From: a virus
Taxonomy: Duplodnaviria > Caudoviricetes
Strand: one strand, 5' to 3'
Length of the DNA: 64,000 nt
IMG/VR virus record: IMGVR_UViG_3300037249_000698
Coordinates: 31,134 to 95,133 of that record
Shown here piece after piece: positions 33,772 to 45,181 of the stretch (within the stretch, counting starts at the first letter, position 1; every line of letters begins with the position of its first letter). Under the pieces are notes generated by a model. The model was not told the DNA's origin. It saw only the letters and a program-made list of their open reading frames with translations, and ran no database searches. The translations under genes and the position numbers were made by a program.

Positions 33772-36700
33772 ATGGCTGACGTAGTTGATACTAAAGTTAA
33801 GATTTCTGCAAAAGTCGAGGGTGAAAAGGCAATAAACACCCTTGCGACAAAATTAAAAAAATTCAAAGATGATTATTCAGATGTAAAAGTAAAAATCTCA
33901 ATCTCAACTCCTAGAGATTTAAAAGGCTTGAAAGACAAGCTATCATCTTTAAAAGATACTATCGGAATTTTTACTAGGAATCTCAATCCTAAATCTGCTA
34001 GTTTAAAGACTTTTGCAAGTGGCGTAAGTGCTATGGCTAAGTCTTTAGAACTCTTAAAAGGTACTGCTAGTAATATTGCCAGTATCACAAATGTTTTTGG
34101 CGATTTGAGAAGTACGTTATCAAAGGTTGATTTTGTTACTATAAGTAACGAGTTGAAAAAAATGGCTGACGCTACACAACCGTTACGTCAATTCAACACT
34201 ACTTTAAACACTTTCGCAAGAATATCAAAAGATATTACAAAAGGCAATATAAACGTTGGCACAACTTTATCTCAACTTGCTAATGCTTTACAAAGTATTC
34301 CTAGTGATATAGGAACTAAAAGCACTCAATTAGAGACTTTAAGCAAGGCTATAAAATCTTTAGGTGCTAGTGTAAAAGGTATCAGTAACGGAAAGGTTGA
34401 AACTGCTATTAGAAGTTTAGATAGTGCGTTAGATACTCTTGACCAAACCTTTAGCAGTTTTGGCAGAAATTTCGGTAATACTCTTACCAATTTAAACCAG
34501 TTCTCTACCGCTATTGTTAATATGGCAGATGCCTTTAGACAGATTAAAGGTACGTCAGGTAAATTAAGCAAGTTTATTGACGCTTTAAATAAGGTTAATT
34601 TTAAACCTAGTACATACAAGGCGTTAGGTAATGCTTTTAAACATATTGCCGATTCTGTGCGTAATTTAAGTGCGTATAGAGATGTACTTGCAAACTTAGC
34701 AGTCATTGTTCCGAGATTAAATGCGTTACAAAGGACAGTCGCCTCACGTATCAGAGAAGTAGGCAGTTCTGCTAGACAGGCATCGCAAGAAACTAACTCT
34801 TATTTACAAAGTATCAAGAATTTAATGACCGATACTCGTAGATTAGGTGCGTTCATCTTTATTGTGATAAATGCGTTCAGAACGCTAAAAGAGTTTTCAG
34901 AACAGCTTGATAGAATGACTGTTGTTCGCAACAAGATACGTTCTCTTTATGATGATGAAAAGCAAGTTACCGAAATAACCGATGAGATATACCGTTCAGC
35001 ACAAGACGCTAGAACATCTATGGATAGCTTTGCTACAACATTCTTAAAGGTTCAGTTGTCAACCGAACGTTACGGCTTATCAGCAGAACAAGCTATTCAA
35101 ATTACCAATACGTTGGCTAAAGCGATGGTCGTAGGTGGTGCAACCGCATCAGAAACAGCATCCGTAATGTTACAGTTCTCACAGGCATTGTCAAAGGGTA
35201 AACTCGATGGCGATGAATTTAGGTCTGTAATGGAAAACTCTCCTGTACTTATGAGAGCGTTAGCTAGAGAGGCAGGCAAGGTTATGGGCGTAGCCAACGC
35301 AGGTCAGAAAGAACTTATGCAATGGTCACGTAAAGGTCAGTTGACCATTGACATTCTGTTACAAGCCTTGTTAAACGCCGAGGGTGAAATTGGTGAACGC
35401 TTTAATAGAACTAGCGAAACTATTGACCAATCCTTTACAAAGCTGTCAAATACATGGTCTATCTTTATTGATCAGGTATCTAAAGAAAGTGGTTTAAGCG
35501 ATACCATTCACAAGATATTAGGTGGTTTAAACTCATTCTTTTCTACTATGGGTAATATGGTAGCAAATGTTGTGGGTCAGACTATCACTTGGGCAAAATG
35601 GGGGTTAAAAGTTTGGTATGCGTACAAATTAAGTCAGGCAATCGTATTTAAAATATCAAAAACTTATGACGCTATCAATATAAAGCGTAAAACAGGTGCA
35701 ACAATTTTAAGTACAACTCTTGGGTTAGAACGTGCTAACAACAAGTTAAAGCAGGATGATTTAATCTTACAAGGTCAGATAAACAATTCTGATAAATTAC
35801 GTGAAGAATTGCTTAGTAGACAGGCGATGATTCAACGTCAAATGGATAATAGACATTTGTATTCAATAGATCAGCAAAATAAATTGTTATTAGAACAAGC
35901 GTTTATACAAAGACTTATTAACAAAGCTGGTGCTAAAGGTACTGTTATAAACGAAAAAAACATGGAAAGCATTTCAGAGTCGCTAGGTAAACAGTTTGGT
36001 GTAACAGGTACATCTACTACTTTTGGTACAATGGCTTTAAAAGGTCTTTGGGAAATTTTGAAAAAGATTACCGTTGTGTTGAGTAGGCTTTTAATCGGTT
36101 TTATGGTATTTAAGTCTGTTACCGCAATATTCAGCAATTTATTTAGTGTTGCTAAATTATCAGGCGAGGCTTTAAAAGGCAACGTAGATGCAATAAATCA
36201 ATTAAAAGACGAAGATGTAAATCGTTGGCAACGTCTTGCTGACAGCATTTATAATATGACTGGCGTTGATTTTGGCAATATTAAGCAATTACGTAACGAA
36301 GTTGATAAAGCATTTGCTGTTCAGGTTGGCGGTTACACCGATAGCTATGCACAAGAGGAAGTACATTGGCTTAAAGAAATTTTTAACGCCGTAAATAATT
36401 TGGCAGATAATCTTGGGTATGGTATCGCAAAAACTTTAGAGACTATACTAAATCCATTTTTAGGCAAATCAGCTAGTGAACGCTCTGCGACACTAACAGG
36501 TACTATTTTACCTAAAGGAGAAGAATATCTTAGTAAAACCATAAAGACAACACAAGCATTAGGCAATAACGAAATACGTCAAGAGCATGGCGAGGGTTTG
36601 TTACGTGCCTCAATAATGCAGTTTAACGAAATTGAAAAGCAGTTAAGACAACTCGGTTTTAATAAAATGGCTGAACGTTATCGGTCATTATCCATTCAAT

Positions 36701-39453
36701 TAGAAAGTTTACGCAAATCAGATTTACTCGGTTCTGCATTTGAAAAAGGTAACAAGGTTGGTGAAAGCATTGTTAACGAAATGCGAGACTTAGAAAAAAC
36801 AATTTCTGATTGGTGTAGGCTTACAAAAGGCAAATACGGTGGTAGCGTGGTCAGTGCGTACGGCGAGGTTACTAACGCAAGTTCTGACGAAATCAATGAA
36901 TTAAAACTGTTTATGAGGGAGGGTGTTAGTTCAAACACTTTGTTGGCTCAAAAACAACAGATTGATAAACTTAACAAAGATGTCTTTGAACCGTTGGATA
37001 AATTGCGTGGCGATTACAAAAACGCTATGCAAGAACAAATCGGACAACTTAATCAACAAAAGCGTTTGCTCGATTATGCCATTGACAGTTATAAAAATAT
37101 TCCGTCAGAAATAGACAAAATTACCAAAGAACTTCAAACGACTGAAAACAAAATATCTGATGCTAAAACAGCAGGGCGTATTGGTTCAGCTTTTGGAATA
37201 TCTGTTAATTCCGAATCTGATATTAAAGTCCTTGAACAACGTATTCAATATTTAAACGAAGAACGTGAAAAATTAGAGCTTTTGCAAAAAGATGAAACCA
37301 CATACAATAAAGCGTTAGAGCAACGTAAAGAAATAGAGAAACAGTTAAAGTTCGCACAAGACGAATATAACGAAACTTTGTACGGTTTTTCATCAATGCT
37401 TAAAAATGTTGCTACTGGTAAAGAATTGACATCTCAACAAGAATGGCAAAAAACACTTGCCGAAACAACTGTTAATGTTCCACTATCCGTTGAGGGTGCT
37501 AAACAAAAATCGCAAGAGGAATTTGTAAAAACTCTTAAAGGAACTGCTAACACTTTTGAAAAGAACATGAAATATAACACGTATGCGTTAGAGGCTATGC
37601 GTAAGTACGGCTTTAAGATAGAAGTGGTTCTTGATAATGCTGGCGGTGGTAAAGTTGTTATGACCAACGGTAAAGACAATCCTATTGTTCTTAACGAAAA
37701 CGAACTTGCTAATCCTGAACTGGGAGTTGTTAGTGCTACTAAGAGATACGAAGAACAAAATCCTGAAAAAGATAAAACAAAAGTTGGTAGAAAAGGTGGC
37801 GGTGGCGGTCGCAGAAAAGAGTTTGAGATTGATTGGCTCGATATGCGTCTGTTAGGTGATAACTTGTATAACTCTAAAAAGCCTAAAGAAATTTTAGATA
37901 CTTTTGAGAAAATGCAGGGTGCTAACAGAAACTTATTAGGTATCGACACTCAAAAAACTAAGTGGTACGCTGAACAGCAGAAATTGTTAGAAAAGGCATC
38001 CGAGGCTAATCACAAAATTAGCGAAGAAGACATGAAGCAATATGAATTGCTGTGGTTTAAGCGTCAGCATTTAGAAGATGTGTTGAATAAGCAACTCGAT
38101 ATTACCGAAAGCCTTGAAAAAGAAAAGAATGATTACAATCTTACTAAAGAGGCTTTAGAAAAGAATATCGAACAGTCTAAAGCTATGGGTGTATCTGCAC
38201 AAGCGTATCAGGAACTTTTAGAAAAGCATCGTGATCCTTTAGAACAGATAAACTATGAACGTGAGAAAGAACTTAAAAACTTAACGCTTTCTGACGAACA
38301 GCTTAAAATTCAAGAGGAATACGAAAAGCGTTTAGAGGCATTACGCAAGAAAGCAGGTAAAGACGAAATTACCAATACCATGAAAATGGCAGAGATGTTA
38401 AGAGCTAAACTCAATCTGCGTAAAGAACTTGTACTGACCGCCAAGAAAGAAGCTGAATACGGTGAGTTTGGTAGAAAGTCTATCGGTATGAAACAAATTG
38501 CTGAAAACGAGGGTTGGGCAGAGGCTTTTAAGGAGGGTAACGTATCTAAAGAGGGATATGCACAACACATGTCAGAAAACCTTGATACGTTTATGAAATA
38601 CTACTCTCAATTCGGTAAGACCGCACAAGGCGATAGTTTCCTTAGATCTATGGGTCTTAATGCCGAAGATTGGGATGCTTGGAGTCTCGCAGGTTTAAAT
38701 GCTATCGGCAAATTAACCGAGGGATTTAACGGACTTGCTTATTCATTGTCTGATACATTAGGTAATGCCTTAACAACATTTACCGATGGTTTTGCAGACA
38801 GTGTCGCAAATGCTATTGTGAAAGGCGATGATTTTGCTGAAAGCATGAGAAATGTTGCTCAAACTATTGCCGTAGATTTGATAAGTTCTATTATCAAGAT
38901 GGGTATTCAGTGGGTGGCAACTCAAATAATGATGGCAACCGTAGGTAAGGCTATGGAGGCACAAGCCATGACAACCACAGCAATAACCGCAGGTGCGTAT
39001 GGTTTGATGTGGGCGTTACCTGCTACTTACGCAAGCGTTGCAACACAAGGCGAAGCCGTTGCAGTCGGTCAAACAGCTTTAGAGGGTGCGGTAATTGCAA
39101 ATCAAGCACAAGCCTTAATGCAACTCTACACAGGTGGTTACACAGGCGATGGTGGTAAATATGAACCTGCTGGTATTGTGCATAAAGGTGAATACGTGTT
39201 TAATCAAGACGATGTAAACCGTATCGGTCTAAGCAACTTAGAGGCTATGCACAACGGCACTATGGGCGTGACTAATAATTACAGCAACGTTTACACCACT
39301 AGCGAAAGCGGTGGAAATAATGTCAGCATTGTTAATGTTGTTGACCCAAGTCTTGTTAAGGCTTATCTGAATACTAGCGAGGGGCAGACGGTAATTCTTA
39401 ATACCATTAAGAACAATCCTAAGACCTTGAAACAGATAGTCGCAACGGCATAA
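33772..39453 (+). CDS. Tape measure protein
   Basis: 1893 aa; QFSQALSKGKLDGDEFRSVMEN and C-terminal GGYTGDGGKYEPAGIVHKGEYV. Confidence 0.95.
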   Translation: MADVVDTKVKISAKVEGEKAINTLATKLKKFKDDYSDVKVKISISTPRDLKGLKDKLSSLKDTIGIFTRNLNPKSASLKTFASGVSAMAKSLELLKGTASNIASITNVFGDLRSTLSKVDFVTISNELKKMADATQPLRQFNTTLNTFARISKDITKGNINVGTTLSQLANALQSIPSDIGTKSTQLETLSKAIKSLGASVKGISNGKVETAIRSLDSALDTLDQTFSSFGRNFGNTLTNLNQFSTAIVNMADAFRQIKGTSGKLSKFIDALNKVNFKPSTYKALGNAFKHIADSVRNLSAYRDVLANLAVIVPRLNALQRTVASRIREVGSSARQASQETNSYLQSIKNLMTDTRRLGAFIFIVINAFRTLKEFSEQLDRMTVVRNKIRSLYDDEKQVTEITDEIYRSAQDARTSMDSFATTFLKVQLSTERYGLSAEQAIQITNTLAKAMVVGGATASETASVMLQFSQALSKGKLDGDEFRSVMENSPVLMRALAREAGKVMGVANAGQKELMQWSRKGQLTIDILLQALLNAEGEIGERFNRTSETIDQSFTKLSNTWSIFIDQVSKESGLSDTIHKILGGLNSFFSTMGNMVANVVGQTITWAKWGLKVWYAYKLSQAIVFKISKTYDAINIKRKTGATILSTTLGLERANNKLKQDDLILQGQINNSDKLREELLSRQAMIQRQMDNRHLYSIDQQNKLLLEQAFIQRLINKAGAKGTVINEKNMESISESLGKQFGVTGTSTTFGTMALKGLWEILKKITVVLSRLLIGFMVFKSVTAIFSNLFSVAKLSGEALKGNVDAINQLKDEDVNRWQRLADSIYNMTGVDFGNIKQLRNEVDKAFAVQVGGYTDSYAQEEVHWLKEIFNAVNNLADNLGYGIAKTLETILNPFLGKSASERSATLTGTILPKGEEYLSKTIKTTQALGNNEIRQEHGEGLLRASIMQFNEIEKQLRQLGFNKMAERYRSLSIQLESLRKSDLLGSAFEKGNKVGESIVNEMRDLEKTISDWCRLTKGKYGGSVVSAYGEVTNASSDEINELKLFMREGVSSNTLLAQKQQIDKLNKDVFEPLDKLRGDYKNAMQEQIGQLNQQKRLLDYAIDSYKNIPSEIDKITKELQTTENKISDAKTAGRIGSAFGISVNSESDIKVLEQRIQYLNEEREKLELLQKDETTYNKALEQRKEIEKQLKFAQDEYNETLYGFSSMLKNVATGKELTSQQEWQKTLAETTVNVPLSVEGAKQKSQEEFVKTLKGTANTFEKNMKYNTYALEAMRKYGFKIEVVLDNAGGGKVVMTNGKDNPIVLNENELANPELGVVSATKRYEEQNPEKDKTKVGRKGGGGGRRKEFEIDWLDMRLLGDNLYNSKKPKEILDTFEKMQGANRNLLGIDTQKTKWYAEQQKLLEKASEANHKISEEDMKQYELLWFKRQHLEDVLNKQLDITESLEKEKNDYNLTKEALEKNIEQSKAMGVSAQAYQELLEKHRDPLEQINYEREKELKNLTLSDEQLKIQEEYEKRLEALRKKAGKDEITNTMKMAEMLRAKLNLRKELVLTAKKEAEYGEFGRKSIGMKQIAENEGWAEAFKEGNVSKEGYAQHMSENLDTFMKYYSQFGKTAQGDSFLRSMGLNAEDWDAWSLAGLNAIGKLTEGFNGLAYSLSDTLGNALTTFTDGFADSVANAIVKGDDFAESMRNVAQTIAVDLISSIIKMGIQWVATQIMMATVGKAMEAQAMTTTAITAGAYGLMWALPATYASVATQGEAVAVGQTALEGAVIANQAQALMQLYTGGYTGDGGKYEPAGIVHKGEYVFNQDDVNRIGLSNLEAMHNGTMGVTNNYSNVYTTSESGGNNVSIVNVVDPSLVKAYLNTSEGQTVILNTIKNNPKTLKQIVATA

Positions 39454-39468
39454 TCTGACAAACTTATC

Positions 39469-39498
39469 AAAGGGTGACTCTAGTAGTTGCCCTTTTTT
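39469..39498 (+). terminator. Intrinsic terminator
   Basis: aaagggtgact/agttgccc followed by T6. Confidence 0.8.
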
Positions 39499-39551
39499 AT
39501 TGCCTTTTGTTGTATGGTATAATTACTAGAGTTTATGTAAAGGTGATTGAC

Positions 39552-42500
39552 ATGAGTATAAATTTATTTTTGCGACCATTGGCAAGTGCTAATATAGAGT
39601 ACGAATACAAAACCAACGTATTAAGTACCTATAATAATTTAGAAGATAGAATTGCACAGAGAGATGTGCCTAGAATTACTTTTAATTATTCGTATATGCT
39701 GAATGATTACGGTATGACTAATGAATTGCAGAACGCTTTACAAAACAATGGCTCTGTAAATTCCTTTTGGTTGCCTGACTGGTTTGCTTTTGTTGAGGTT
39801 GAGAATATTGTTGCAGGCACAAATACTGTTGACATTGATTATTATAACAGCCTTACAAAAGGCGAGTATGTGTTAGTGTATGCCGATGCAAATAATTATG
39901 AAGTTACGCAAATTGATAGCGTTGACCGTAATAGCACAACTTGTACCATAAGTTTTGATACTACAAAAGACTTTGCTCATGCCTGCATAATGCCGTTGTT
40001 TGAATGTAACAGTGTTGCCGATAACAAGACTACCTACATAAACTCTCTTACTAATACTTTCGGTGTTAGCATGATGGCTAAACAACCGCCATTCCCTAAC
40101 ATCTTAGACCATGATGTAACATTCTTAGGTCACGATGTTTTCTGTGATAATTTCAAGGTTCTTGCAGAGGATAGTGAGGGTCTAGAAGTTAACGCAGGTC
40201 AGCAAATTCAAGAGAACGACTATGAAATCGGTATTCGTGATAGATTTACGTTCTTTGATAGAATGTATAACACTTTCGGTCTAAACCTTTGTGTTAAACA
40301 GAACGAACTTGAATATGTAAGAAATTTCCTTAACAGACGTTGGGGAATGACTTATGCCTGCTTTATTCCTAGTGGTTCATGCGACTTTACTAAGGTTGCT
40401 CAAACAGGCAGTATCGACAATGTGTTGAACGTAAAACATTCTACCTTTGATTTTACTCATAGACCGTACATAGCAATCCGTCATGGTAATAAAGTTACGT
40501 ATGCGAAAGTGCTGAATGTTGTTACAGAAGATAATGTTGACAGCTTAACCCTTGATACTGATACTATGTTAGAAGTTGTGTTAAATACAGACGAACAATG
40601 CGTATCAAAATCGCTTGTAACTGCTCTGAATTGTACGACATTCGACATTGACAGTATTCAGGTACTCTACTTTGCCCGACTTAATTCAGACGCTTTCTCG
40701 TTTGAATTTGTCGGCAATTCTGATGATAACAAATGCGTGTATAAGATAGAACTGTCTTTTATCGAAACAGAGTTCTATGACAGCAGTCTTATCGACTACA
40801 ATAATTATGACGGCATCGACACAGACGAACGTACTTTGTTTGAAGTCAAAGCAACTACCGATGATTGGCATAATATCATCAACGATAATAAAAAATCTCA
40901 TTTTGCCTCAACACAGTCAACAGGTGGTATTGCACCTAACTTAATACAAGGTAAATATGACGGTACTTATGCCTTTGCTAATATGTCAATCGTTGATACC
41001 GAACCGTACATACCGCCTACATCAACCTCAAGCGACCATTGGTCAGACTTGTGGATGATAAACAGGGATGATGATTTCTGTCTGCAAGTTGAGGGAATGT
41101 TTGTAACACCTACCGTTACTCCTCCCGAAAATCAGCAGGTTTCTAACTGCTCGCTGATGTTGTCTATCGGAGACAAAAATGAGTATTACGGTATTTGTAT
41201 AAAACTCGCATGGGTGTTCGATAGATACTACATAACAGTCAGCTTTGACTTAGACACCCAAACGTCTAGTGGTAATGCCGATGTAGATGCCATTGTTCTT
41301 GATAAATATGACGGTGATTTATTCGACACTTTCCATGAGATTGCTATTCAACGTACCAATGGCGTTTCATACGTTTATTGTGACGGTCATTTATGCGGTT
41401 CTACTATGACTGCTAAAAATACTAGACTGTTCAGAGCGTATGCAAAAAGAGGTTGGGGTAAGTATTTTTATTTAAACCTCGGTAGAACCCTAACATCTTA
41501 TTCTGCAACTTATAACTCTTACACCGCATCATACGTTCAGCAGGCTAGAGTTACCATTAAGCGTAAAGTCTACACTCATACCGAAATGGGTAAAATGAAC
41601 AGACAGTACAGGCTTAATGATTACACTCTTACGCCTACTGTTCCTATGGACTCTGCAACAGTTCTGTATGAAAAGTTTTTGGAAAACGCTGTTTATTATC
41701 GTTGGGTGTTATATAACGGTAATTATTATTCTCCTGACAATGTCAATACTGGCGGTTGTAATCATGCTGTGCATCCGTATGCTCGTTATCAGAGAACCAT
41801 GGTTGATAATGCTGATGATGATTGGCGTTCATGGGTAAGAGAGTTACACCCATCTGACAGTGCTTACAGATTGTCACAAGGTCACGATTTAAGTAGACAT
41901 GCTTACTATCCTATCAACTTTAAACTTAAAATGCCTAGAATGTGGCATAAAGATTTTTGGATTGATTTTTCAATGTCAAAAATTGGTAATATTACTAACG
42001 GCATGACGCTCTTAAATCAAGATGGTATCTTCTTGAAAGTTTGGGTAAATTCTACTCAAACTAAGTGGATGGTTACAGCATTTTATGAACAAGAGCCTAC
42101 CGAGGAAGTTGTCAACATTTTTGGTAAACATTGTGATAATGGCGAGATTATGAACGTGGCTATCGCATTAGACAGTCAGAATAATGCGTTAAGAACTTTC
42201 ATGGATGGTATGGAAGTTAGCGTACTAAATCTCACTTATTACATGGAAGAATTTAACGAACGTGCTTGCATTTCTTTATATCCACTTTACATTGACCAAT
42301 GCAATATAAAGTTGCACACATTCAGAATTGTTGACGCTTGTCTTGCTCATGCAAGTTATACCGTTTCAGACTTGGATAAATTAGGTTTTTATACAACCTA
42401 TTTTGACATTGAGTTCGGTCAGAGAGAGGAAGATAAATATCCTTGCTTACGTGTAAAGGATATAGAGGAAATCTATCCGCTTGCTGATATTTACGGTGTG

Positions 42501-43859
42501 ATAAAGAATACAGAACGTGTTAAAAATTATGCTATCACTTGGTCTGATGGTACTAAAGGTGCTACCGTTGTAAATCCAACAGGTAATACTCTTTACACCT
42601 GCGTTGTCACCGACTTGTCAACAGGTCAAAAAGGTTACGGTTGGTATTATGTACCTAGTGGTTTTACAGGTAAAATCTGTGAGACAGACTTTTCATATTC
42701 TTTATCGGTAGATTCTAACGGTGATACAGTTAAGACAGACCATTTCAGTGCAAAGAGATATAACTTTTTAACTCGTGCATGGGAAAATTATACAGTCGGT
42801 AAATACGGTTCTCCGTATATAGATAACACTGAAACAAACGGTAAAGGTAAGTTCTACCTCAAAAGGAATGGGGGCTACGATTATTTCATAGACGTTTTGA
42901 CAAATGAAACGCTTAGACAGGCAGGTAGTAGTTCTAATAACGACTGGTACGCTTATCACCGTTTTTATGTAGACCATTACATTAAACAGATTGAATTTGT
43001 TGTTATCGGTGATTATGACATTCCTACTTATATTCACAACAATATGTGTTACGAATACATTGAAAATCTGTTCACATGTCAGTCAGAAATGTGCGATGAT
43101 TATGATGAGGCTACACAACGCTATTATTGGCATCGCTACACTGATTACTATAACGGTAGCGGTTCTACACCTGTGTATGCACAACATCAATCTGTAAGTC
43201 GCAGATGGTATTCAAGTTCAAACTTAAAAACTAGCATAACATCTCGATACGAAAGCAAGTATAAACAAGGAATTAAATACTACGGCATGCACTTATCTTG
43301 TGTATCAAGTTCTGTATTATCAGGTTATTATCCCGATGTTGAAAACGAGCAATATTATCCGTTAATGTTTACGAACTCGCCTAAGCCTATACATGTAGTG
43401 CTAGAGGTTGAACCTATGATTGTTGGTGGTGGTGCTAGTGGTTGGGACATACGTTGTAATATTACGAGTTTTATACGAAACTTTTGGATTAACGGTAAGA
43501 TGTATGATGGTTGCAAATTACTGAAAAACCTTGATTGTACTAATATGACTAACGTTCATTATAACAAGTTACCGCAAAATCCCAAAGATTTTAGAATGTA
43601 CCCTGACGGTTATAACGACCTCATCAGATTCTTGTGTATGGATTATTATCCTCATGCGGTTGACATGTCGGGTGGTACAGAATTTTTTAACAATACTTTA
43701 GGTGCTATTGCAGGTCGTTTCGGTGATTACGCAAATAATAATAGTCCTGACGGTGTTACGGATATAAAGTTGTATAATTTCCGTAAGTACACAAAAGACT
43801 TTGATGCTAGTAAGCTACTCAAAGGAACTGGCAGTAGACCTATGACATGGAGGATATAA
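39552..43859 (+). CDS. Distal-tail-type virion protein extended with LamG/ConA-like domains
   Basis: ATG after AGGTG; N-terminal EY.T.V.....EDRIA.R..PR; FHEIAIQRTNG..YVYCDG and NVAIALD....R.FMDG motifs. Confidence 0.7.
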   Translation: MSINLFLRPLASANIEYEYKTNVLSTYNNLEDRIAQRDVPRITFNYSYMLNDYGMTNELQNALQNNGSVNSFWLPDWFAFVEVENIVAGTNTVDIDYYNSLTKGEYVLVYADANNYEVTQIDSVDRNSTTCTISFDTTKDFAHACIMPLFECNSVADNKTTYINSLTNTFGVSMMAKQPPFPNILDHDVTFLGHDVFCDNFKVLAEDSEGLEVNAGQQIQENDYEIGIRDRFTFFDRMYNTFGLNLCVKQNELEYVRNFLNRRWGMTYACFIPSGSCDFTKVAQTGSIDNVLNVKHSTFDFTHRPYIAIRHGNKVTYAKVLNVVTEDNVDSLTLDTDTMLEVVLNTDEQCVSKSLVTALNCTTFDIDSIQVLYFARLNSDAFSFEFVGNSDDNKCVYKIELSFIETEFYDSSLIDYNNYDGIDTDERTLFEVKATTDDWHNIINDNKKSHFASTQSTGGIAPNLIQGKYDGTYAFANMSIVDTEPYIPPTSTSSDHWSDLWMINRDDDFCLQVEGMFVTPTVTPPENQQVSNCSLMLSIGDKNEYYGICIKLAWVFDRYYITVSFDLDTQTSSGNADVDAIVLDKYDGDLFDTFHEIAIQRTNGVSYVYCDGHLCGSTMTAKNTRLFRAYAKRGWGKYFYLNLGRTLTSYSATYNSYTASYVQQARVTIKRKVYTHTEMGKMNRQYRLNDYTLTPTVPMDSATVLYEKFLENAVYYRWVLYNGNYYSPDNVNTGGCNHAVHPYARYQRTMVDNADDDWRSWVRELHPSDSAYRLSQGHDLSRHAYYPINFKLKMPRMWHKDFWIDFSMSKIGNITNGMTLLNQDGIFLKVWVNSTQTKWMVTAFYEQEPTEEVVNIFGKHCDNGEIMNVAIALDSQNNALRTFMDGMEVSVLNLTYYMEEFNERACISLYPLYIDQCNIKLHTFRIVDACLAHASYTVSDLDKLGFYTTYFDIEFGQREEDKYPCLRVKDIEEIYPLADIYGVIKNTERVKNYAITWSDGTKGATVVNPTGNTLYTCVVTDLSTGQKGYGWYYVPSGFTGKICETDFSYSLSVDSNGDTVKTDHFSAKRYNFLTRAWENYTVGKYGSPYIDNTETNGKGKFYLKRNGGYDYFIDVLTNETLRQAGSSSNNDWYAYHRFYVDHYIKQIEFVVIGDYDIPTYIHNNMCYEYIENLFTCQSEMCDDYDEATQRYYWHRYTDYYNGSGSTPVYAQHQSVSRRWYSSSNLKTSITSRYESKYKQGIKYYGMHLSCVSSSVLSGYYPDVENEQYYPLMFTNSPKPIHVVLEVEPMIVGGGASGWDIRCNITSFIRNFWINGKMYDGCKLLKNLDCTNMTNVHYNKLPQNPKDFRMYPDGYNDLIRFLCMDYYPHAVDMSGGTEFFNNTLGAIAGRFGDYANNNSPDGVTDIKLYNFRKYTKDFDASKLLKGTGSRPMTWRI

Positions 43860-44713
43860 TGTTTGCGAGAGTAGTATTTTTATATTTAATTGAATACGGA
43901 ACTGAACAATACTATTACACTAACGGCAATAGAGATGTGCTGTTTAACGGCAATACCTACAAAGCAGTTCCTATTAAACATGGTGACTTGGAAAATAATG
44001 GTGATGAAATTACTAAGTCTAAGTGTGAACTCACTATCACTAATCAATGTGCATTTATCGAAAAAATGTTACAGCAGTACGATGCTTTTCTCACAACAAT
44101 TAAAGTTATGAGATACTATCTTAGTACAGGTGATGTTGAAAGTGAATTTATCGGAACTCTATCTACAATAGAATTTTCCGTTAAAGACGCTAGTTTGTCA
44201 TTCGTAAACATTTTGTACGAAACACAACGCATGGCTATGAGACTTGTTTATCAGAGACAATGCCCTTATGCTTTATACGGAAGTCAATGTCGTGCTATAA
44301 AACAGGATCACGAAATTTCAACTTTCGCATCTCATTGGACTAGAATTGATAATTATCGTCTGCAATACTCACAGACTTTGCCCGATAATATAACAGGAGG
44401 TATCGCTAAACTGCCTAATGGTGCGGTTAATTTTATCCGTGGGGTTGATGCTGAAAACCGTATCATTACGTTGTCTCAACCTGTTTATGAGTCCTCATTA
44501 AACGTAGAAAACAATCGGTTTTTAACTTTGTATCATGGGTGTGATAGAAGTATCGAGATGTGTCAAAACCGTTTTAACAATTCTGATAATTACGGCGGTT
44601 TTGTTTTATTACCTCTCGATAATCCAACCACCAAAAACCCTGCTGGCGGTTCTAATGATACAATATCAGCTAACGATTTGAAAAATTATTTAAACGAACA
44701 GTTAGGAGATTAA
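43859..44713 (+). CDS. Tail tip protein (DUF2163/BR0599, gpL-like Fe-S)
   Basis: QRQCPYALY...C and GCDRS...C..RF.N..NYGGF motifs. Confidence 0.85.
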   Translation: MFARVVFLYLIEYGTEQYYYTNGNRDVLFNGNTYKAVPIKHGDLENNGDEITKSKCELTITNQCAFIEKMLQQYDAFLTTIKVMRYYLSTGDVESEFIGTLSTIEFSVKDASLSFVNILYETQRMAMRLVYQRQCPYALYGSQCRAIKQDHEISTFASHWTRIDNYRLQYSQTLPDNITGGIAKLPNGAVNFIRGVDAENRIITLSQPVYESSLNVENNRFLTLYHGCDRSIEMCQNRFNNSDNYGGFVLLPLDNPTTKNPAGGSNDTISANDLKNYLNEQLGD

Positions 44714-44932
44714 ATGGGTGCAAGTATTGTAATGGCTATCATAGCCTTAGTTGTGGCAATCGTAGCTATGTGTATTGCCATGAATCAAAAAGTCAGTAGT
44801 GATAGTTCTGCCGAGAGTTCACAACCTAGCTCCGAAGAGGGTAGAAAGGTCGCTATTGTTCGTGGTACGGCTTGGGTGAAATCTACCCAAATTACTGTTT
44901 GGACTGATACTTATACCACAGGCGGTTCATAA
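44714..44932 (+). CDS. Small tail tip assembly protein
   Basis: N-terminal TM, EEG..V..V.GT.W; YuA/KL1-type synteny. Confidence 0.65.
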   Translation: MGASIVMAIIALVVAIVAMCIAMNQKVSSDSSAESSQPSSEEGRKVAIVRGTAWVKSTQITVWTDTYTTGGS

Positions 44933-44983
44933 AAAGTGGTTAATAAAAACGGTTAAAACAGTTTAATAAAGAAAGAGGATAAC

Positions 44984-45181
44984 ATGATTATTTATTTGGA
45001 TGATTGCTTAAAGGTTGGCTATTGTACTAGCGGTGTTGTGAATTATCTGAAAAAACATGATAAAGACATTCAGGATTTTTTCGCTAACGGTATTGACAGT
45101 TCAGAGCTACCCGATGATATGCTCGTAAGAAAGGTTATAAAGTTTAAAGATAAACAATCTAATAAGACGGAGAATAAATAA
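44984..45181 (+). CDS. Small tail assembly protein
   Basis: GYC..G...F...GID motif. Confidence 0.65.
   Translation: MIIYLDDCLKVGYCTSGVVNYLKKHDKDIQDFFANGIDSSELPDDMLVRKVIKFKDKQSNKTENK

Noticed and set aside
33873-38964. Minus-strand ORFs inside the tape measure gene, and similar shadow ORFs inside portal, capsid, tail, nrdD and thyA
   Set aside because: Antisense or alternate-frame shadows of long genes with no SD and no recognisable motifs; only 17557..17760 (lipobox plus SD) was accepted
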